This document shows, one piece after another, positions 12,630-25,915 of a stretch of 64,000 nt of DNA. The notes below the pieces were generated by a model, which saw only the letters and a program-made list of their open reading frames with translations, ran no database searches and was not told where the DNA came from. A program made the position numbers and the translations under genes. How positions within the stretch are numbered: position 1 is the stretch's first letter; the number at the start of each line of letters is the position of its first letter. Source of the DNA: Carcharhinus longimanus (taxonomy: Eukaryota); contig JASCQW010000001.1 in the NCBI GenBank assembly GCA_030264375.1, positions 107,027,997-107,091,996 of the forward strand, in the 5' to 3' direction.

Positions 12630-13040
12630 AGGGCCGCGATTTTCTGGCCTCGTCACGCCTCATGCAGATTGTACCAATCCTGGAAAATTGAATGCAGGCC
12701 AAAAGACAGTTTTGTACCCTGCGCCACAGATTGCAACTGCCCTAGTCCCTTTCTGCTGGCACAAACCAGATCTCGCCCAGAAAGGGCACAAGGATGATTA
12801 GCATATTTAAATATGCTTAGCCCATTTGGCAATGGATTCTGCCAGCTCCCGGGATCTTCCAACCTTGAGCGTGGCAGGAACACAGTGAGAATCACTACTG
12901 GTCTTCACTAGCACCATTGTGCAAGGGGTATTGCCAAGGAAATGGAGCCTGAGTGGGCAGGTCATGACAGGCAAACACGAAACTGGGGGGCATGAAGGAG
13001 GCCTATGATGGGTGAGTTATGAAAGAGGGGGGAGCAGAGA
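12630..13040. mobile_element. Non-autonomous DNA transposon fragment (Harbinger-like terminus)
   Basis: Starts TA-GGGCCGCGATTTTC, a terminal motif shared with elements at about 9702, 17277 and 57414; GC-rich body. Confidence 0.45.
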
Positions 13041-13744
13041 CCATGGGGTTGTTACAAAGTCTTTGAACCTCTCCCGAATGGATCACCCCAGTCTGTCAAA
13101 ATTTCCCATTATTACTACGCCATCTACTGTGATCCTCAATGTATTTTCATCGTTAGCAGAAGCATTTCTGAAAAGCACTTCAACTAACTCTTGTGCGAAG
13201 AGATATTGCCTGTGATATCACTGATGCTCTATCTTGCAGAATAATAGCCTGTAGATTACAGAAATCCAAGCTTCATAACTGGGTGACAACATCCACAGAT
13301 CTATCCAGGCCAGCTTGTCTCATCTTGTGCAACAAAGCAAGTGATTTCATTCACCAGCTCATACCCATGAAGAATCCTCCAATTTATCAGCCTTCAAGTC
13401 ATCACACAGGAGTTATAAAATAGGTCAGCTGTAGCAGACCTACGTTGTACCTCCCCACAGTAAGTCTGTCTTTCTTTACCTATTTCCTCAGTCCCTCGTT
13501 TATCCATCACTAGTGAGTCATTTGTATCGCTTCATCAAATTACCTGCTCAAATCTTCATAAATTAATATTTCTTACTGTAATATGCTATGATTCAGCAGC
13601 ATCAGTTTTCTCCTGCTGCCCTGGCAGCTTTTCTATTTAAAACCAAAAAATAGGAAGATGAACATTTATTTGCCTATTGCTGTTACACCATTAGATTATT
13701 TACTTTGGTGCCTTTTTTTTTAAAAAATGCCACTATGAAAGGCT

Positions 13745-14150
13745 TTGGAGCATTTCTTTAAATCAGCATAGAAGAATGCCATTCGGTCCATTTTAACTAG
13801 ACTTTTCTTTGAAAAAGTAATCCACATCTTTTTTGCTTTTTGTCCAAAGTTCTGTGAGTTCCTCATCATCAAAAGCCTATACAATTCCCTTTTAAAATTA
13901 TTTATAGAATCTGCTTTCACCACCTCCTCAGGTAAAACATTCCCAATCCCAACATGTCTCAACAAAAAACAAACTCTTTCCTAATATTGTCTCTCGACGT
14001 TTTGTCAATCTATGCCCTTCAATTATCGACCCACTCTCCAAGGGGAATATGTTTTCTCTATCTAGTCTAGCAAAATCCATCATCATCTTGAAAACCTCCG
14101 TTAGGCCACATCTTATGGTAGGATAAGTAGGAATAATCTACTTTTTCCAA
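13745..14150 (-). mobile_element. CR1 LINE 3' fragment
   Basis: Minus-strand NVLPEEVVKADSINNFKRELYRLL is a CR1 ORF2 C-terminus. Confidence 0.7.
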
Positions 14151-15454
14151 CCTTTTCAAATTTCTTCTTTAAGGCCTGCAACACTCAAGCATGATCTCTT
14201 TACCAAGTTAAAGGTACATTGCAAACAGAAGTTGTTGCTTTAATGCTCACTCAGTGGACTAATACAAACCAAAGGTTTTAAATTCTTTTAAAAATCAAGT
14301 CACATTTTTGAACTTTTGTTTGGAATGCAAGTGTTCGTCACTTTAGAGGACAGTTTGTTAGCATTAAAATATGTATCTGGAAAAGAAAAGAACACATGAA
14401 CAAATATCAATGTTTTAAATTAAGAGATTAAAGTAAAGGTGGCAAACAAGAGGAGCTTGTCTTTTTCAGAAGAATCCAGTAACGTTATGGCACTGAAGGA
14501 AATTGATTTTATTCAAACTCCAATTTTCAACAAAGTCAATGGTCTGAAGCAGCAGCACACATTCATGTTGCAATGGGTTTTTGCAGTAGTTTTCTGTTGT
14601 TCAGCACTGTTTAATGAACATTCAGGCAACAAAAGGAGGCAATCAGATCTGAGTCATTAGAAGACACAGTTTTTAATCCATACAATTACCAGGTGGGTCT
14701 TTAGCTTGTTCACTTTGCTGAACAATTTCTAAGCTAAAGGTAGNNNNNNNNNNNNNNNNNNNNNNNNNNNNNNNNNNNNNNNNNNNNNNNNNNNNNNNNN
14801 NNNNNNNNNNNNNNNNNNNNNNNNNNNNNNNNNNNNNNNNNNNNNNNNNNNNNNNNNNNNNNNNNNNNNNNNNNNNNNNNNNNNNNNNNNNNNNNNNNNN
14901 NNNNNNNNNNNNNNNNNNNNNNNNNNNNNNNNNNNNNNNNNNNNNNNNNNNNNNNNNNNNNNNNNNNNNNNNNNNNNNNNNNNNNNNNNNNNNNNNNNNN
15001 NNNNNNNNNNNNNNNNNNNNNNNNNNNNNNNNNNNNNNNNNNNNNNNNNNNNNNNNNNNNNNNNNNNNNNNNNNNNNNNNNNNNNNNNNNNNNNNNNNNN
15101 NNNNNNNNNNNNNNNNNNNNNNNNNNNNNNNNNNNNNNNNNNNNNNNNNNNNNNNNNNNNNNNNNNNNNNNNNNNNNNNNNNNNNNNNNNNNNNNNNNNN
15201 NNNNNNNNNNNNNNNNNNNNNNNNNNNNNNNNNNNNNNNNNNNNNNNNNNNNNNNNNNNNNNNNNNNNNNNNNNNNNNNNNNNNNNNNNNNNNNNNNNNN
15301 NNNNNNNNNNNNNNNNNNNNNNNNNNNNNNNNNNNNNNNNNNNNNNNNNNNNNNNNNNNNNNNNNNNNNNNNNNNNNNNNNNNNNNNNNNNNNNNNNCTG
15401 GGTTTTTGCGACTCATGCACAAGGACCCCGAGGTCCCTCTGCACCGTCGCATGC

Positions 15455-15603
15455 AGGAAGTAGAAGAAAAGCAGCTAAGGAAGCCTACACAGACATAGGA
15501 AGAATGTGCAAACTTTACATACACAGTGACCCAAGGCCAGAATCAAACCCGGATCCCTGGCACTGAGAGGCAGCAGTGCTAACCACTGTGCTACTGTGCC
15601 ACC
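15455..15603 (-). mobile_element. HE1-like tRNA-derived SINE 5' part
   Basis: ggtggcacagtagcacagtggttagcactgctgcctctcagtgccagggatccgggtttgattc contains A- and B-boxes; it adjoins a CR1 piece running into the gap. Confidence 0.8.
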
Positions 15604-16744
15604 TGCCAGCAGTAAGTGCACAAATGTGGCTCTCAGCAGGCCCCCAATTTCCAATGCCAGGTCACTTGATCACGCACTGACACCACAACCAAACCCACCA
15701 CTGTTGTGCTTCCTGCAAGGTGAGCACCACACCCCCCACTCTCCCCACTCCTCCACCCACTAATCCCAGTGAGATAAGCTTTTGAAGTGGGCTTGAGTTG
15801 CTCACATAAGAGCCCCAATTAATGGGGGAGTACTTTCAGATATAAGTGGACAGAATTTATCAGAAACCTAAATGAACCAGCCAAGTTCTCTATACATTCA
15901 GAACATTGGTCACAGAAGATGACTACATATCACAGACACAACCGACAGCTTCATTCATACCAATTCAGTTCAATTTCCCAATATCTGCAAATGACAACTT
16001 ATAAACGGATTTTAGAACTATGCAGACTGAGCTATGAGGGTGGGTTGCTTTATAACTACTTTTATAATTATGAAGGGTGGAGAGAATCTGGATCATAATT
16101 AATTTGTCAACAGTGTGTTAAATTAGGAATGGGGGTCACATTTCTGAATTAAAGGCAACAAAAGAGAATGACAAATTGAGGCAAGTTTGTTCAAAAAAGA
16201 GTGATAGACTACAATCCCAATAACAGAGAGAACAAGCAAGTGTAATTGGCTTCCTACAAGTCAGTAGGATTCAGGGTTAGTAAATTCAGAAGCACATCAT
16301 GGGAAGTTTGGAAAAGTAGGCTAGGTGGAACAAAGGTCTGCTTCTTCCTGAACTCTAAATATGTTACTTATGATGCAAGCGTAAATTGGAAAAATATGGT
16401 GTTAATCTGATAACTAACGTATGTTGTCCAATCAGATTTTGCAAGCAGAAAGACTTGAGAGATTATTTGCATCTCAGAATACGAATTGCAGCCTGGAGCA
16501 TATCTTTAATGGACTGTAATTTGTTTTATTGCATTGAATTCAATGCCAGCACATATACACTGAAATCATGCTGTTCATCTCTAGTGTGCCATATTGTTAC
16601 TTGTTTTTAGGTTAATTCATGACATGCCCTCGATAATTGTGCCAAAATGGGGGTGTGACTCCCACAGAGTTTATCTGAGCAATAAGCTCTTTATAGCTTC
16701 ATTTGTTTTCCAATAACAAGCCGAGTGATGCCTTGAATAGCTCA

Positions 16745-18480
16745 TGATATATTACAATATTTGTATTGTACCTTTAACATTCTTTGGGGGTTGTACAGTG
16801 AGAGGAAATCATAGAGATGAGGGAGAAGTAGGTAAGGGAGGGATTTGAAAACAAAAATGAGAACTTTAAAATTGTTTAACCAGGAGCCAACTTTGTCAAC
16901 AAGCAAAGGGGTGATGGATGGATGGGGCATGGAACAAAGTGAAGATTTGGGCAGCAGAGCCTTGGACCCCAAGTAAACTTGACCTTAAGTTTATGAAGGG
17001 ATAGAATGTGGGAGGTCGACCAGTAGTGCATTGGAATAGTCAAGGCTGGAGGTAACAAAGACATGGATGAGACTTTCAGCAGAAAATTCATGGGGCAGAG
17101 GCAGATTAAGGATGGACAAAGATAGAAACAGTTGGACCTGACATGAACTTGTAATGGAAAATTCTTCTCAGGGTCAGATGTGACAGGATACTGTGTCTCA
17201 GCCTCAGACAGTTGCCAGAGAGTAGGAAAGAGCTTGGGACTAGGGAATGGAGTTTGTGGGTGGGTTTTGAGACAATGGCTGGAATTTTACCACCCTGCCC
17301 ACCACAGAAATCGGAGTGGGTGAGGGAAGTCTGTTGACTTCAGGCAGGATTTTACGGCTTCAGGACAGGAAGGCTGTAAAATCCTGCCAAATAGCTTTGG
17401 TTGTCCCAATAATTATTTGAAGAAATTTCTGCTCATCCAGTACTGGATGTCAAACAGGACTGAAAATTGCAGTTGAGGGATCGAGACAGGAGCCGAGTGT
17501 TCTCAGCTTTAAGGTGAAAAACAAATGCTGTGTTATCAGCTGATGTTGCCAGTAGGATGTATATATTTGAGAAATATAAGAAGCCTAAGGAAAGGTGTTT
17601 TGTTGGGGACACCAGAGGAAAAGTGATGAGGAGAACCACTGCAGTTGATTCTTTGGTTACAACTAGATAGATAAGAATGAAACCAGGCAAGTGCAGTCTC
17701 AACAAATTGGATGTCGGTGCAGAGGCAGCGATGGAGAGTTAAATGGTTGACTGTCAAAGACTACAGACAGGTCAAAAAAGATGAGAGGGATAGTTTGTCA
17801 CACCCACACAGGACGTCATTTGTGATTCTGATAAGATTTGTTTCAGTACTTGCAGGGGGCACAAAGGGAAATATAGAAAGCCTAAAGAAAGATCTGAGTT
17901 AAGAGCAAGGGCGGGGGGACCTTAGAAAATCTTGGCCAGATATACTGGGAAGAAGGCAGCAGAGACAACTGAACAAATAGTTTTAACCTTAATGACAAAA
18001 TAATCCAGGGGTTCAATGCACTTGTGTGGAAGAGACAGGGAGAGGAGTTTATAAAGATGGTTTGTTATAGAGAACAAAACTTCAGAGTTATCTCTGCATT
18101 TCTAGGAAGACTCTGGAAAAGAGAATTGCTTTAGCAGATGGGAGCAGGACCTGATTGTACTTTCTGAGGCTCAGTTACCTCTGGCAGTCAATGTTAAATC
18201 AGTTATCTTACATATTAATATCAGTCTGCATTTCTTGGAGTTAAGAAATGACTGCTGTGCTGGAGCATTGGTCTGGGTGACAGTGGGTAATGGTTTTAAT
18301 GGGATCTAAAGTAACAAAGTTGAGGGTGCAGCTGAATGGACCAGCAGCTGCAGAAATGCCTTGGTTGAACGCAATGCTGGAAAACTTAAAATTTTAAAAG
18401 TTTGGTTGTTTTTGTTTCCCAGCGGTGAACACAGAATAAAGTAGCATTCAGAGGGAAAAGGGTAGATAGCATCAACAGGA
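16745..18480 (-). mobile_element. L2-type LINE fragment
   Basis: Minus-strand ETALAWFHSYLSSCNQ and HPSITPLLVD...FKVLIFVFKSL resemble L2 RT/C-terminal motifs; interrupted by a MITE at about 17277-17388. Confidence 0.7.
17277..17388. mobile_element. MITE with terminal inverted repeats
   Basis: ggctggaattttac ... gtaaaatcctgcc termini; similar to the 57414-57538 element. Confidence 0.6.
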
Positions 18481-18499
18481 AGTAATTAGAGATATAAAG

Positions 18500-19060
18500 A
18501 TAGTTAGGAAACAAAGTCATGAGGAGATTACAAAGCATTTGTAAAGGAATATAGTTAGGTTAAATAAATGGACAACATTTGACAGATAGAGCATAATGTA
18601 GGAATTTTGCAAGAAGAATAAAGAAGGCAGAATATTAGTTAAATGGGAAAAAAAAGTGCAAAATGCTGCAGTAATGGGGATCTGGATGTGGTACCTTTAT
18701 GAATCACATAATGTAAACATGCAGGTATCACAAGTAATTAGGAAGGCAAATGGTACATTGGCCTTTGCTGCACGTAAAGTCTTACTCAGTAAGACTTGCC
18801 ACAACTATATAGGGCAATGCTGGAACTCCACCTGGAATACCGTGTATAGTTTTGATCGCCATACTTAAGAAGAGATATATTTGCATTGGAAGCAGTTCAG
18901 AGAAGATTCGCCAGGCTCTTTCTGGGATGGAAGTATGTCTTAAGTGGGAAAGTTGAGCAAGTTGGGCCTAAGTATTCTAAACACTGGCAATCAGAAGAAT
19001 AAGTGATCTTATTGACATGTATAATATTCTAAAGGGGCTTGACAGAGTAGACGCTGAGAT
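18500..19060 (+). mobile_element. CR1 LINE RT fragment
   Basis: QVSQVIRKANGTLAF, HLEY.V.F, LEAVQRRF.R motifs, degraded. Confidence 0.75.
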
Positions 19061-20864
19061 ACAGGAATTCTCAAGCAGCTACATGTTTGTGGCACATGAG
19101 ACATCTCAATAGGCAGGAGCTGGAAAAATTTACCAAAATGAAAGCCTTTTCAAGCGAATGAACGCACAGCAATAAGCAGTTCACAAAATATGCAAATAGT
19201 CTGAATGCAACAGATAAACAAATAATACTACGCACTTGAATTCTAAAAATGTAAATACACAGCACAGTTTGATATCTCTCTATGCAGCACAAGGCACGAT
19301 TAAAGCTGAAATTTGAACAAACATGAATTACTTATCAAGGNNNNNNNNNNTTGGACAATATCTAGGCGCATCTTCAGATAAAAACAGATTCACCTTTATT
19401 GTAATAGTAGTCACCAACTATTGAACACCGACTAAGCACGCATGCTGATGGAGTGACTTGTGGTTGTTTTTACATAAAATCAATGAATTGAGGTTAACTT
19501 TTATCTGCCTGGCCTGTTGCCAAAATAATGTACACATCTCAAGGCATCTTCTGTAAGGTTTTTTTTCTGCAACCACCATGAACTCAAAAATTGTCTCTGA
19601 ATCCTTATACAGGATTTTTCAATAGTGGAGAGAGATCTGAGAGAATTACAGGGATGAGAAAAGGTAGAAGAATTGGGCTTTGAAAGCATTATTGGGAGAG
19701 AATAGGTGCCATAAGACATGGCAACAGGAAGGTGGCATCCTAAGGATGGTAATGAGATATGGAATACTGACGGATCTCTGTGGTGTGTTTGGGGAGCCAA
19801 GGGTGTCTGGTAGTGCGTAAAGGTGCCTGGTGGACATATAGAATGAGGCAGTATGGCGGTGCTTAGTGTGGTTTGGAGATCTGGCTGCCTTGAGTTGGAA
19901 GTAGTATCACAAGAATTGAGAACAACAAAAAGGATCCAGAGGCATTGGGGAACTTGACCAAACAAAAGGAAATTTCTGAGACACAATGAGATCCTAAGGC
20001 AATACAGCACTTGGGGAGGTACCAAGGCCTGCCAGTGTGGAGTTGGAAAAGCATGAGGGACAAGGGAGTATTGATTAGGTGGGTATCAGTGGAGGGCATA
20101 GATTTTTGGAATGAGAATATATGAGAAGTTTGGAAGTCATGATGTGGTAACAGAGGAATGGTCATCCCAAGACATGAGGGCACAGAGAGGAAATCATGGA
20201 ATCAAGAAAAACTGGGAATAACCACAAAAAACATGGCAGTACTCAGGAGAGACCACCTATGGCTTGGAAACACTGGGAAATGGGATCCCAGGATTCAGGA
20301 GAATGTTTGTGGGATACAAAGATCGAGTAGCATTAGTGGGAAGAAAGGTCAGTATCTGATAACATTTGGGGTGCCTGCGTTATTGAAGGAGATACTAGTT
20401 TCCTTAAATTTTAAATCAAGGAGGCAGAGTCTTAACAGCACTGAGGGGCAGGAGTGCCCAGGAAAATGTAAACCAATCTACTAAATCCTACCAACTGGGG
20501 ATATGCAAACTCAGATGTCAACATGAAAACACACTGCTGGCATCAAATGATGAGCATTTAAATTTAATAGATTTACATATTTTTATGGACTTCATGATTG
20601 CAGTAAGCCCAATGGAAATTTTTAATAAATTTCAAAATGTTTCATAATGATTTCAAAACTAAGTTCTACAATGGCTTTCCGTTGGCAGCCACGTTATGTT
20701 TATACCCAGGGGCCACCATAATTTTCCACCTCCAAAAACATTAGGTTACAATAGATGCAATGACTTTCTGCTGGCAGCTATGTTACACTAATGATTCCCC
20801 ATTGCCAGTTAAGGTCCATGACACAAGGTACTGCAATGACTTCCCATTACAGTATATTACAGTA

Positions 20865-21795
20865 CTCTGGAAAGTGTAACATAGCAAAATTTGCTAACAA
20901 CATGAAAATAGGTAGGAAAGCAGGCTGTGACGAGGAGATAAAAATCTACAAATGGATCTTGACAGGCTAGGGGAGTGGGCTAGAATCTGGCAGATGGAGT
21001 TTAATGTGGATAAATGCAAGGTTATCCATTTTGGCTGGAAAAATAAAAAAGGCAAATTACTATTTAAATGGGAAACAGATTCAAAAGGTGTCTGTACAGA
21101 GGGATCTGGGTGTTCTTGTGCATGAGTCTCAGAAAGTGGGTATGCAGGTACATAAGGAAGGCAAATGGAATCTTGGCATTTATTGCAAAGGGTCTAGAGT
21201 ATAAAAGTAGAGAAATGTTGTTACAATTGTATAAGGAATTGGTGAGAGCACACTTGGACTACTGTGTTTAATTTTGGTCACCTTCTTTGAGAAAGAATGT
21301 GATGTCACTGGAGGTGGTTCTGAAGAGGTTCACTCAACTGATTCCAGGTTTGAAGACATTGTCGTATGAGGAACGGTTGAATAGCTTGGGCTCGTACTCG
21401 TGGAGTACAGAAGAATAACAGAGGATTTGATTGAGGTATATAAAATACTCAACAGGATTGTTGAAGTAAATATTAACCAGATGTTCCCCCTTTTAGAACA
21501 GTATAAGACAAGAAATCATAGTTGTAGAGTAAGAGGGGAGAGGTTCAAGACAGAGGTAAAGAGAAGCTACTTCTCACAGACGGTTGTGAATCAATGGGAC
21601 TCACTGCCCCAGGGTGCTGTGAATACAGAATCAATCAATGGATTCAAGAAAGAGATAGGTAAATATTTGATCAAAAGCAGGATTAGAGGGCTATGGAGGA
21701 AAGGCAGGGAAGTGAAATTAGGATGAGATGGAGATCAGCCATGTTCATGTAGAATGCTGGAGTGGGCTCAAAAGGCTGAATCACCCTAATTCCTG
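20865..21795 (+). mobile_element. CR1 LINE 3' fragment
   Basis: KFANNMKIG, QRDLGVLVHESQKVGMQV, KANGILAFIAKGLEYKSREMLLQLYKELVRAHLDYCV, RSYFSQTVVNQWDSLPQ. Confidence 0.9.
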
Positions 21796-23308
21796 TGTAT
21801 CAAATTTTCACTCCCAATGGGAGAATTCCTGCTCTGAAAACCTGGCTCAGGAGAAAGTGATCTCAATCTTCTGATTGTTTTTGTGGGTAAGTGGGGGGCA
21901 CATAGTGGTACTAACTGGAATCAGCACAGGCACCTCCAGACTTCCCTTTATTAAAAAAAAGCTCATTGGTAACATTTAAGTCTGTTAATGTACTGAATTC
22001 TTCATAAACCAGCATTTTCTTGAAGTATTTATTCACTTATGAAACTGTTCATTTCCTTCAAGTGTTTAATCATCAAAGACAGCTTATCTTTTTAAAACTT
22101 ATTAGAGCTTTCAATCAAACTGAATTTATAGAAGCCCCCACTGTAATAATGATAGGTTTGGAAACAGTTGAGAAGCGCTAATCCTTCTGTCAGCTAAGAG
22201 TGAAATAGCAAGCACTGATTTTCTTCAGCTGAAGCTAGATGATTTTAGTTTCAGAATTTATCTCAACAAATTGATAGTTCCACAAGGTTTATCCACTTTT
22301 CAATGCACAATCATGTTTACTTTTAACAATCCCTGACCTCTCTAAAATTGTATTTTATCTCTCCAAATAACTGCAGCAGCTTTAGAACATTTCCTCAGAC
22401 ATCTCAAAGTTGTGATTTGGAAATCCCAATAACGAAAGTTTAATCTTTTCAAAGGCAGCTGCGCTTTTACGTGAACCACAGATATGCAAAGGACAAACCG
22501 TCCCTAGTGAAAATGGTGTGTGCTGGGTTTGTAGGAGAAATTTCAAGAATTGAGGCTCAAGCATCATTTATGCTAACCTGTGGAGCCCTTCCTTCTCCCT
22601 GAAAATTCAGGCATGCATGTTGGAATGACCAACCGTTGCTAGAAAGGATATGATACAGAGAGGTACAATACTGATTTCTCTCTTCACACCTGAAGCAATC
22701 AACTCAGCTGGAGCAAAAGTATTATGAGCCTGCCAGGATTATAATAATTAATCAATCTGATCCCGAAAGCTGCACTAGATTCAGAAGAGAGCTGGATGAG
22801 CAGATGCCAAGCTAGGACTGCCATCAAATGGAACCTTTGTTAGGATCAGATGATCCAGACAACAGGGTGGGGATTGTATACTGAAATATATATTTAATAC
22901 AAGACATTGCCTTTAGCATTTCAAAATTTGTACAAATGGGCAAGACAAAAGCCTTCTGAGTCAAATTACATTAATGGCCCTGTGTTTCATTTTCATTTCT
23001 TCATGGATACACATTCATAAAATTAGAGAAAAGCATAATTTAGCCTAAGCTGTCAATTGAACAGAGTACAATTTCTGCTGGAAGTGTAAGTGTCACAGTG
23101 GTATCTTATTTTAGCTTATAGGATAACATTCTGTGAACTATTCTGGCTACATCTTATCTGGCATCGTCGCGAGGTTCACTCTGTGGTGTGACCTAATATG
23201 ATACAATACTAATAATGTTAATAGATAAAGCAAATTATCCTCGCTGCCAAAAAAAAGGCTGTATAACATTAATAAGTATGACTTACGGGAAGTAATTTGG
23301 ATCAATAC

Positions 23309-23629
23309 CTGCTGAGTAATTTTGATCTGGAAGGGAACATTCAGGATGTTATGGCCGTCATTAATCTGCAGTAGCACTTGATCATACAGGTTGTTGGTTC
23401 CATCATGAACGTAATGCAACTGTCCCCCTTTAAGATCTTTCAGTCGGAACTGCTGTACATTTACACCTGCTGGGTGCAAAATGAGGCGGCCATGTTTTGG
23501 AGGGTCCAAAACTGATAATACCACATCTGACGGGTTGTCATCGTCTTGAATGTCCAATATCAGATTGGAAATGGCACCTAATTCACCTCTACCAAGCAAT
23601 AGGATTTTATTAGTCAGCACAATGGGACC
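23309..23629 (-). CDS. FRAS1: FRAS1-family internal exon (CSPG repeat 2)
   Basis: ttccttccag acceptor, CAG|gtattg donor; 321 nt, phase 0-0. GPIVLTNKILLLGRGE...LDIQDDDNPSDVVLSVLDPPKHGRL...LHYVHDGTNNLYDQVLLQINDGHNILNVPFQIKITQQ. Confidence 0.93.
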
Positions 23630-24146
23630 CTGGAAGGAAACAGACAGCAATTAAAAATCACTTATCTCTCAGTTTGATGACTTCTTTTAAAAGCAATTAT
23701 CGGTCAGATCCATAAAACAAATTAAAGTTGTCAATGAAATGCTTTTATTAGTACCTGGCTGAATAATTGCTGGATAATGAAAACATTTTACAAACAACTT
23801 GAAACATTTCACTGAATTATTCCTTTAAATGAACACAGACAAAATATTGTATTATTTTAAAACAAAGAATCTAATCAATCTTAATAAACCTGCTCATCAA
23901 GCTACAAGAGTTATAGTCCTGGAGGTTTAAAATGCTGTACATATCATTTATTAAATGTTTAATTTCAGTTAACATAATGGGTGCTAAATTCAATAGCTCC
24001 ATGAAAACGGATGCAGGGAACTCTTTGGAGGATTAAATTAATTTGCAGAGATTGTTTCTGATGCAGGCAGCACGCCAGCCTTGTTTTGCCTGTTACTTAA
24101 CATGATACTAGTGTCTGGCCATCGCTAATCATACTGTTAAATCGCT

Positions 24147-25540
24147 TTGGGTTTCAGGCCTGGTCGCTGACCTCCTGAGTATCGGCTAACTATTTTTTTC
24201 CTCCGTCTGTTTTGGATGGTGCCTTCAACATACGGGCCAAACACGGGATCAGAACATTCTGGGACTTGTATGTGGACGGCGTGTATGCATCATTCCAGCA
24301 GGTGGTGGATAAGTTTGCTTTACCTGCAACGCACTTTTTCAGATATTTGCAAATTTGAGACTGGGTGTTGGGCCGACCCCCAATTTTTGACACTTCCACT
24401 TCGTGCCTCCATTGACATCTTCTTAGTGCCTTTTATTACTATGTGTGGTATCATTTCTGTCCTTTATTCTCAAATTCTATCCCATCAAACCCCTCTATCA
24501 GTGGTTAAGTCTTTACGGGAACGAGATCTGGGGGAGGATTTCTCGGAGGAAGATTGGGACATGGCACTGCATCAAGTACACTTTTCCTCAATAGGTGCCA
24601 AGCTGGGTGTGATATAATGTAAACTCTCTCACAGAGCATATCCAACTACAATTAGACTCTCTGAAATGTATCCAGGCACAAGCCCCATTTGTGAACGATG
24701 CCGGCAAGCTCCCACCACTCTCTTGCATATATTCTGGGCTTGCCCATCATTGTATATCTACTGGATATTGATATATGAGACGATTGCAGCAATGCTAGTT
24801 CGGGACATAAGTGCATCCCCCCAGGCTGTTCCATTGGGGTCGTGCCTTTAAATCCGCCACTGCCAAAGTTCCAAGCGGATTTTGCAGCTTTCACTATACT
24901 CCTGGCAAGACGACTAATTCTGTTTAGGTGAACATTAGGTGCACCCCGACGCACTCACAATGGGTGAAGGAGGTGGTAGATACCATTAAGCTGGAGAAGA
25001 TGAGGTGCACGCGACATGGGTCCACTGCTTGGTTCTATATGACCTGACAACCATTTATAGCGCATGCTGGGTTCCTGCAGTTGGAGCTGGGTGAGTAGAT
25101 ATCCAATAGCCCCAGGACTCCCACAGAACCCCCCCATCCCGAATGGTGGATGCACTCTGGCCCTTTACCTGAGTACATCCTCCCACCCTGCCAAGGTATA
25201 GGGATCAAAATGAAAACTTTTTTTTCCCCTCTCTTTCTGCTCTCTCCTTCGCCATCTCTCTTTCTCTTCACCTTTATAGCCTGGGCTGTTTGGGCGCTCA
25301 GTTGGTTCTCCAGTGGTGTTCTTCTGCCTTTTTGTTTTTATATTATTACCGTCATTACTGGTGCAATTCGATGGGATTGGGTAGTGTAGGTGCCAGGGAT
25401 ACCAGGGGCTTGAACCCTGGCCACGGGGAGCCCTATGCCCAGTTGCATTGGAATGCACACACAAGCACTGTGTGGGTCTATGTGTTTGTTTGCTATGTGA
25501 AATATAAGAAAATTTTCAATAAACTTATCTAAAAAAAAAA
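24147..25540 (+). mobile_element. 5'-truncated L1-clade LINE with poly(A) tail and target-site duplication
   Basis: HFFRYLQI, CKLSHRAY.T..RLSEMYP, CERCRQAPTTLLHIFWACP (CCHC), LEKMR...QPFI; AATAAA followed by A10 at 25531-25540. TSD aatcatactgttaaatcgct (24127-24146) / aatcatactattgaatggct (25539-25558). Confidence 0.88.
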
Positions 25541-25699
25541 TCATACTATTGAATGGCTGCACGCCTGAGCCTGAAATAATGGGAGGCTAGCAGCAGATAA
25601 TGCCAACCAGCCCCTCTGAAAGGAGAACTACACTGTGATTGAAGCTGCTGCCAGAGCAGATGTGGAACTCATTCAAGATGTAACATAATAATTGGACAA

Positions 25700-25915
25700 C
25701 AAAGGAGAGCATAGGCTCCAGGTAATTTCCAGTACTGCACAGTATTTAATGCATTCTAAAGGCCTTGGTCAAGGAGGTCTATAGAAAAATGTGCTCCATC
25801 AAAAGGGGACCAGCAGACATTCCAGACAACCTTTCAGAAGACGGTCATGTTATGTTCGGCGTGAAGCCCCAAGAACCTGAATACAGTGCTGCAAAACGTA
25901 CAAGATCTCACATGA
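25700..25915 (+). mobile_element. PIF/Harbinger Myb/SANT-like gene remnant
   Basis: Degenerate ...KALVKEVYRK... and PRT*IQCCK...DLT, compared with Harbinger Myb PRTW.QCRKKFNDL. Interrupted by a GC-rich element and probably continuing to about 28100. Confidence 0.5.

Noticed and set aside
14673-15524. Long ORFs containing X runs (also near 43.7k, 46.1k, 60.6k and 61.7k)
   Set aside because: Artefacts of N gaps flanked by CR1 sequence.
15455-15603. tRNA-like A/B boxes here and at 37.8k, 52.3k and 55.2k
   Set aside because: These are SINE heads continuing into SINE core and tail, not tRNA genes.
19501-20484. 174-aa and 106-aa minus-strand ORFs
   Set aside because: Purine-skewed, probably a decayed retroelement. 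I could not identify diagnostic motifs, so it is left unannotated.
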